Source of the DNA: Amphiscolops sp. MND2022
Taxonomy: Eukaryota
Direction of reading: 5' to 3'
NCBI GenBank assembly: GCA_964187785.1
Contig: OZ076416.1
Coordinates: 45,942,001-46,006,000, forward strand
DNA: 64,000 bases
The position numbers were made by a program, and so were the translations under genes. The notes beneath the pieces are model-generated. The model had not been told where the DNA came from. It did no database searches and saw only the letters and a program-made list of their open reading frames with translations. This document shows positions 28,001 through 37,000 of the stretch, one piece after another. The first letter of the stretch is position 1, and each line of letters starts with the position of its first letter.

Positions 28001-31000
28001 GCAATGTTTGTAAACATGGAGTGAGAGCAATACTCTATGAGTCATGATACATCATCATCATCATCATCCATGATAGATTTCGAGTATTAGACTGCGAAAC
28101 CGCAACGTCCGTTTGACAGATGGAATCAAAGATAGTTCAGTACACAGAAATGTTTGCTGGTACAATAAACGGATAATGGAACCGGGTTTTGGCTCTATAC
28201 AGGGCAAATACGTCACTCACAGTGTCACGGCCCTCCTGCTTATGACCTGACACTGTTAATACAGAAACTGACAGCTCCCAAAGTTGATGAATGAGCAGTT
28301 TGATCATAAGCAAAGAAGTCAACTAATTGATACTATGACCAAAACCAGAACAAATAGGAAAGTCTGCGCACAACGAGACTGTAATAATGTATGTAGCAGA
28401 TATATGTCTGAAGAATTTACATTTGATACAAGTTTACAGATTCTCATGAACTCGGTAAGGGCAAATGACACAAATTGGCGAGGTTTCAAAATGAAGAAGA
28501 TGTCGAAGTACTCAAATCGGCACCACGACAATTCGTACAAACGACATTTCGTACAATAGCCATAAACCCGACATTTCGTACACGGACAATTGGTACAAAA
28601 ATGGTCTCAAACAACAGAATTACTATCTTTCAGTGCTGTTACAGCCAATATGTATGGAACTTCAATTAAAGAGGTTAGCATATATGTTGTATGGCTCGGT
28701 CGCTTCGCTCCCTTCGCCAAGTAGCAACATTGAGGCATGGCCAAAATGGCACGTCGCTCCGCTTCGCTTCGCTCCTGCATTTATGGCACTAGGGGTATGT
28801 GAACATAGCTGACTACGTTATAATAATAAGTTGTATGATATAAATTGCACGAAATGTCGGGTTTCATTTTTGTACGAGATGTCGTGTGTACGAATTGTCG
28901 TGCCCCCACTCAAATCGATGAAGCTGAAAAGTCGCCGTGACACGGTAACAAGTAAAATTTGAGCCGCGTCAGTTAAACTCCTTTAGCAGAACTGAAGCTT
29001 GCTTATCATGACCTTTAGGGTACGCCCAGGCCATGCAAAAAACATAATAGATGATTAAAAACAAACCAAAAACAGCATAGGTCGGCATCCCGCTTTAGAC
29101 TCTAAAGCGGGATGCCGACCTATGCTGTTTTTCGGCTGCGGATTCGAAAAGCGCAGATAATATCAAATGGTCAAGGAACTGTTTTTGAAAGAAAGTGCTG
29201 AAAAGTATTTGAGGTAGGAACATTTGAGCTTAAAAAGATTTCTTCCACATGAAAAAAAAACGAAGAAACCGCAAAACGAGAACCCTTAAGTGAAATGAAG
29301 ATCTTTCACACAGTGCCGACAAAAATTCACATATAGCTTTGTTATTCGAACAAAAATACACGTAAATCGTTTTAAGAATATCCTTTGAATCATTTTGTTC
29401 CTTTTTTAGATTGTAGGCGTTTCGCAGAACAACAGAAAAATTCCAAGGAGGATCTTTGAGGGTGAAGAAAAAACAAAAACCGATTTTTTTCCGAAATCGT
29501 TTTGTTCGAAAAACAGCCACAGTGCCGAAATTACCCAAAGGCGTGACTGAAAAAATCAAAGAAAACCGAAGCAGTGAACCTCTAGTGAAAAGAAAACATT
29601 TCCTAAAAAATCGCATACAGCTGAGAAACCGTAAGTCTTTTTCACAATTATTGGGAAAACTCTCATCAGTTCCACGACCAAAAAATAACCAAAGATGTCA
29701 CTTTGAAGACTCGGAAAATGGCAAGCATAAACAATTTTTGTCTAGCGCTGGATTCGAACATACGTACACGCAGAGGAGCTCCCTCACGTAGAGAAATTCA
29801 CGTCAATTCCAGGCCAAAAGGAATATAAATTGAAGTGATGTTATAGAAATGGTTGACAGAAACTGACGGAAAAAAGAATTCAAAAAATTCCCCTTCTAAA
29901 ACTACTTTTTTTGTTTCTCGAGAAAACGAAAAATAAGAGAACATGCAAAACCTCTATACCAGTCGTGTTTTATTTCATCAAGCGCCGACTGAAAACAAAT
30001 TTGAACATTTGCTGTCATGGACATTTTGACCTTATGACATTCTGAAGGCAGCTTCGGCCGAATTTTTATTCGGCCGAAGTCCTATTGAAACTTGCAACTT
30101 CTTAACATGAAATAGTGGAGGAAAAAATTGAAACTAAATGTTGGTTGAAAATTACCGTTTTTGAACAGACGCTATGACACATTATATCGACTGCAAAAAA
30201 TCATCAGAATGTGTATCTCATTTTAATGACTTTGTCAAAGACCGAATTTTGGCAAATTTCATGCCGAATTTTGGAACGCTAACAAAACGTAAATTCGATG
30301 TTAAATCTAGGGAAGGCATATTGCCGTAAATGGTTGTATAAGATACTTTAGATCATCAAGTTTCAACTTAGAATTTAGAATTGCAGAAATGTTCTTTGAT
30401 AAGATAAAAATGTCCGATTCCTCAAATCAATCCAAAGCATGGCTTACTGCTCCCAAGATCTACTTGAGTTGTCAATTATCAAATTCGCAAATTCTGAGCA
30501 GTTTGCAATTCGGCTCAGCTGTTTCGATGTAATAGTTTTTCATTGAAGGATGAAATGATAATCGGATTACACTTTTTGACACAAATTCTTTATTCGTTGG
30601 CGAGGTTAATTAGGTCTGCAAAAAGAAGCTTTTGACAGGTTACATCTTATTAACTAAAGACTGGAATGCACTTTTTTGATCCCTAGGAAGGCCAAGTTAG
30701 GGTTTTCATTAATTTATATGAAATATGAGTAATTGAAATTTTTCTGAGTCATCTTTCTGGAAGTGGAGTCTCCTGAGGCTGGAACAATGGATTAAATTTT
30801 CAGCGAAAAGTGTTGCATTTAGACATTCTACAGGGGGAGTGGGAATAACGTCTAAATGAAAAAAGGGAATAACATCAAAAGCCAAGTCATGCTCATTCAC
30901 TGTTAAAACATTGAATTTTAGACGTTATTTTGCGTTAAGAGCTAAGGCGAAGTAGCAAAATTTTGCAACTTCATTTAAAAATGAGATTCCCCTGTTTAGT

Positions 31001-34000
31001 AGGTTGCTTTTTTCTGAGACAAAACAAACAAACTTTTCTTGTGAATTACAACTCAGATCTACTGATCAAAACCCTATTTTCTCAAGATTTAATTTGGCAA
31101 CTCGTTTGACAAATAGCATTTGAAACCAGGGCATGCCAAAAATTAATTGCTCCTCTACCAATCAATTATTGCAATTTTTCTCTCGTTTATACACAGAACG
31201 TGTTATTCTGTTTATTATATTTTTTATTTTAGTTTGATTTATTGGCTAGTTAAGTAAGAACAAGACGGGAACGTCCCAAGTCGGCGCCATATCTTAGGCT
31301 CAAAAATATTCAAGGAACAACTATTGGAAAAATTCGGAAAAATTTTTTTTTCAAAAAAATTGTTTTTGATTTTTTTTTTCGAAAAAAGTATTTTTTAAGT
31401 CGCACAATGCCGAAAAACTCAAAAAGAGTCCATTCAGGCTCATTCAACGTTTTCTACAGACCGAAAACTTCAAAAAAATGCAAGGGGGTACCCTTTGAAA
31501 AATTTCGAAAATTTTCGAAAAAAGTCGCATAGTGCCGAAAAAAAACCAAAGGGGGGGACCCTTTGGTCTCACCTGTACTTTTGGAAGCATTAAAAAATTT
31601 ATGGTTTAGTGCGAGAATCGAACCCACGCTCTCCGGCTGGGTCGAAGATGGAAGATGAACAAATATGAAAGATGAACAAATTGTAAGAAAAGTGGACCAC
31701 TCAGAGTGAGATTGTCAACTGAAAAAAACAACAAGACGGGATCGTCTCAAGTCGGCGCCATATCTAAGGCTCAAAAATATTCAAAGAACAACTATTGGAA
31801 ACATTTGGAAAAATTATTTTTTTCAAAAAAAAAATTTGAAAAATTTTTTTTCGAAAAAAGTATTTTTTTAGAAAGTCGCACAATGCCGAAAAACTCAAAA
31901 AGATGCCATTCAGGCTCATTAAACGTTTTTACAAACCGAAAACTTCAAAAAAATGCAAGGGGTTACCCTTTGCAAAATCCGAAAATTTTCGAAAAAAAGT
32001 CGCATAGTGCCGAAAAAAACCCAAAGGGGGGACCCTTTGGTCTCACCTGCTGTACTTTTGGAAGCATAAAAATATTATGGTTTAGTGCGAGAATCGAACC
32101 CCCGCTCTCTGGCTTGGAAGATGAACACAAATATGAAAGATGAACAAATTGTAAAAAGTGGACCATTCAGAGTGAGATTGTAGGCTGGAAAAAAAAACTA
32201 CCCACTGTAATAGTCGGGCTTTTTTCCTTAAGGGAAAAGGCGCCGACTAAAAAAAAACTACTCACTGTAAGAGTCGGGCTTTTTTCCTTAAGGGAAAAGG
32301 CGCCGACTAAAAACAGTTTAAATCACTATTGAGTTTTTCATTCATTTTTAACCCTAACTTGACTACTGTGACGAATTCGGCTTATTTAGTTTCTGCAAAT
32401 TCTAAACGCACCAGCTGATTGTATGGTAAAGAAAACCCTTGAATAAGATTTTCAGACGATATTGTATAGCAATCGGTGCCTTTTCACGAAATATTGACAT
32501 GATGTCTCCGAAATCCAGAAAATGGGACCAAAAAATCAAAAAATTTGAGTGCACATTTTCCGTGTTTCCAGTTTTCGTTTGTGGCCCTTTTATCCCACTG
32601 GTATCAACATTGGGTCAAAGCGGCCTCAGCATGTTTTGAAACATGCTGAAAAGCAACCAGAGACACGACGCGTGTAAAGTTTTGGCGCAAAGTCTGGAGC
32701 CAATGCGGCGAAGCCCAGCAGTTTAAAAATTGATTTGAAAGCCCTGATGCTCGTCTTTCGAACGCTCTATAAATTGTTTGTCGGAATTGAAAAGTTTAGG
32801 AGATAGTGCGCTTTGAAGTTTAAGCACCCAATTTTTGGATGGATCCAGAATTTTCGCCCCTCAGACAATTCGCCCCTTAACTAAGTCAGCCATGTTCACA
32901 TACACCTAGTGCCCTAAATGCATGAGCGACCTGCCATATGGTCACATGCCTCAATGTTGCTACTTGGCGAAGGGAGCAAAGCGACCGAGCCATACAACAA
33001 ATATTCTAAGCTCTTCAAATAAATCAAGTTCCACTTCCGTTTTACTACATTGAAAAAACAATCGGACCATGTGTTCAATCCCCCCCAGGTACACCTTGTT
33101 GCGAATTTCCCCCCCCCCTAACACGAAAGCACATTTTGTTCTTGAATAAAAATATTTCACGAGTAAGAGAATATTATATGAATGTATATACTTAGAGGGT
33201 TGCCTCTACAACTGTTTGGACACTTCAGGTAAAAAAAATTACCAAAATTTTTTTGATATTATTGTCCAAAATAGCAGAAATTCACGTTTTAAACAAGCTA
33301 AAATCGTATAAAAAGGCCCCAATTCAGCGCAAATTTTGTCCGCTATTAAATCAAATGAGCAACTTTTAAATGACAGTCAATGTAATGGATAGGATTATGT
33401 CGACATCAATTATTATATTGGACCAAAATTTCAACGCAAACTATGTCGACATAATGGTATTTGAACCTTCTGTCTTATTCCCCCCGCCGCAGTTTTGGGG
33501 GGGGGGATTGAACACATGGTCCAAACAATTTAAACCGGATATAGTTAAATTCTAAGTTAAGGGGCGAAATGTCTTGGGGGCGAAAAGTCATGTAACCAAC
33601 GTTTTTGACGTTAAATAACAGAGCAATTAGTTGCAATAATTGGTGCTTCGAAATTAATTAATTGCAATTAACAGTTCTTCAAAATCAATTAGTTTTGCCA
33701 TGCCCTGTTTGAAATACTCTTGATATTTCGAAGTAATTGATACGTAATGGCTTCTAAGTTGCAATGCGATCGCACCAAAACTTCCAAAAACGGAGACGAG
33801 TTTTTATCGAGTAAAGTCTGGGGTCCGATTTGTTTTAGAAGCCACCTAATTCCATAAATAAGCAAATAATGGATCAAGTAAACTTGCTGCTCAATTCTCA
33901 AAATGCGGTAGTTGTGTTTCCCATTTGAACATGACCACTTATGTTTATAAACAGTTTCTAGCGAATCGTGATTCTAGTTTATAATTCATAAATGGAAGAA

Positions 34001-37000
34001 ATCGTGGCCGAGAAGTTCAAGATCAAACATTGTTGTAAACAACGACCTCGATGCCAAAAAAGCAACCGCTGTGAGCGGAAAACAAATTGGTTGAGATCAA
34101 AGCGTTACAAAATACGTTTTATAATTACCATGTTGGATGAAAATAAACTTACGCGTATTAATATTGAGCAAATTGTGCACAACTTCAGAAAAAAGGTTTG
34201 AACTATTGTCTTCAAATAGCAGAATTCGAGGAGAAGGTTCATTTCGAAACTAAAAACTTCCCTCGTGGTAAACTCGAATGAACATTTGTTTAAAAATCAC
34301 TTCACACTTCACAGGTTCACCACTTGATGAAAATTTCTACAAGTTATACTTTTATTTGAGACTCAAAACACCAGCAAGCCCAAAAATTTGTACTTCCAAT
34401 AAATTTGACACCGAAAGCCATTTCATTGAATTTCAAATACTTGAAATTGAGCCAAACAGTTCCACTTCGAACGATTTTACGGTTTTGATTTTCAGTTTCT
34501 CCGTAAACGATACAGACGAAAGACTTCAAGCCGTGAAAACAGCTTGTGTTAGCCAGCAAATGATTTTCAAATTTGGAGTAGCTATAAGCAGCCTATTGCT
34601 TAATTTTGCAGTAAAAACAGAATGACTTAATATGATTTCCAACCAATTCCAATTTTATAGATAGACGAGCAACGCATAATTGGATATAATGTAAGAATTT
34701 GTGAACTCTCCAAGGTTTTCGATAATTCTTTTTATGGAACCGCTATTGATACTGCAAGGAGGCTCTGCAGCTGGCCGCGCATATGACACCCCAACTATTT
34801 CCGGCATGCGTTCCCAGCAGTTTTCTTCGACTCCTTTTTCCAACATGAACAGGGGTTCAGTAAGCGCGTTACTTTTGATTTGTCAAATTTGCCTGCGCAA
34901 GTGTAACTTGGCATGCAGAAAATTCTATCGCTCGATGTACAAATTATTGTCATTTCATCTCTCCTAGAAAAATACTTTCATTTTTTAGTCGGCGCTTCAT
35001 GAAGTGAATGAAACGCGACTATTATAGTGACTCTTTTTTACAATTCATACCAACTGGCCAAAAGAGTTCTTAAAAGTTCTACGAAATTCTATGGTCCCAA
35101 ATTGGATCATTTGGCCTAGCGAACTGAACCAAAAAGGTTTTTCCCCCTTTTCCGCGTAACATACAATACCGGGAGACTAAAGGGTCCCCATTTCAGTTTT
35201 TTCGGCGTTGTGAGACTTTTTTTCGAAAATAATTCCCCAAAGGGTCCCCCTTCAATTATTTGATGTTTTGCGAGAGAATGGATGTTGAAAAATCCCAAAG
35301 GGTCCCCACTTAGTTTTTTTGGCATTGTGAGACTTTTTTCGGATTTTTTTCGCACCAAAGTATACCCCCTTCAATTTTTTGGTTTTGCAACAAGGGATGT
35401 TAAAAAATGCAAAAGGGTCCCAATTGGGGTTCTGCGCGCCAATTCGGTCCAACTTTTTGGGTTTTTCAGGTACTGTAGAAGAGACTACTTTGACACTTTA
35501 AAGTCCTTTTTGAGCCTTAGATATGGCGCCGACTTGGGCCCGTCCCGGCTTGTTTGACATTATATACGCGGTTCACTTTGACATTATTTTACCCGTAGAT
35601 TACGTAGATGTCGCACCAGTTCGGTCGTTTGGGCTTTCGTGAGTTTGATACTCTTTTTGTGAGTTTGATATTTTGAGTTTTTTGACACTTTCATGTCCTC
35701 TTGCTATTTTTGAGCCTTAGATATGGCACCGACTTATGCCGTTCCCGGCTTGTTCATACTCATCAGCAGGTATCAGCAGCAGTTTTTCAACAGCAGGTGT
35801 CAATAAGAGCTCTGCCTCTTTTACATCATTTCAGGTTCCGGATCTCTTTCATTATGTACCCCCATACAGCAAAAAGGGGGGACAAAGTGAAACACTATTA
35901 AATACATGTATTTCACATTCTAATAGCACATATCTGCTCTTATTTAACAAAGCTTCTGATTGGCTGAGTGGCGATTTTGAGAGCCAATAAAAAGTGTCGA
36001 TAGTTATGACGAGATTAATTGATTGACAGAATAGCATGAGAGATTAGCCAATAGGAGATAAGTATAAATGAGCCACAAATATTTCTTCTATCTAGGGGGG
36101 ACATAGTGTAACGAGTGATAAAGGGGGGGGGGCATAGTGAAAGAGATCCCAGGTTCCTAATAGTGTGAAGTTCAAATCCAGAGAATGTTTTCATTTCTGA
36201 GCCCCACGACTAGTCAAACATTCATATTTGCTGGAATTATTGACTTCTCATGGCCCCTTCAGAAATTGAAAAAAGCATTGCACAGTATCTTGAAACAAAA
36301 GAGAAAGAGTTTCGATGAAAACATGTCCTGTACTTTTTATCTAAAATCTTTTCGTCCAACTTGTAGGTGTTAAGTAGTACTTCACAATTTTTAAAACTTC
36401 TTTTATTCCTATGAAATCATTTCAGTCATACTTACATTATTGATTGTATGCCCTTCATTATTTTGGAATTGAGTCTTTCTAATCCAATCTGATCTCATCT
36501 AAATCAAGAGATAGAAAAGATACGGCCTCTGTAAATATTAGCAAATAAAAGTATTTACTTCCTCTCTGCATGAATTTGTCAAGAAAAATTTGAACTCAGC
36601 CTTTTTTCGAGCTTCCATTATTTCTTGCCGTAGTTCACATACATAATTTATCAATGCTTCGGGATGAAAACTGTAGAAAGATATATAATCGAAATTTTTA
36701 TTATATATCTCAGAAACTGCCTTTTATATAATTTTAAAAGCGATCGTTTTGCAAACATTCTACGCTTTTGAAAAATCCAGTGTTGAAAAATTCAAACTTA
36801 TTAGATAAAATACAGAAATAGATTCTCTGGCAAAGCTTCAAAAATGTTAATACGAAAATGCGCAAAAGTGGAACTTTTGAAAGCTGAGTGTGTAAATTTG
36901 ATTAATGAGACAAAACATGTGCCCAGTGTCCGCGGCGTGTTACTTACACACCTGCCGTGTAGTAAGTAATTGGCCCCCAGTTGCGTAATTTTGTACCATT

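Noticed and set aside
31602-31640. A tRNA gene
   Set aside because: Only a T-arm-like 3' half; no D-arm or anticodon arm could be folded.
29230-35557. Many K/F-rich ORFs (e.g. 31706-32143, 29456-29791, 35282-35557)
   Set aside because: Translations of A/T-run-rich HINE repeats, not genes.
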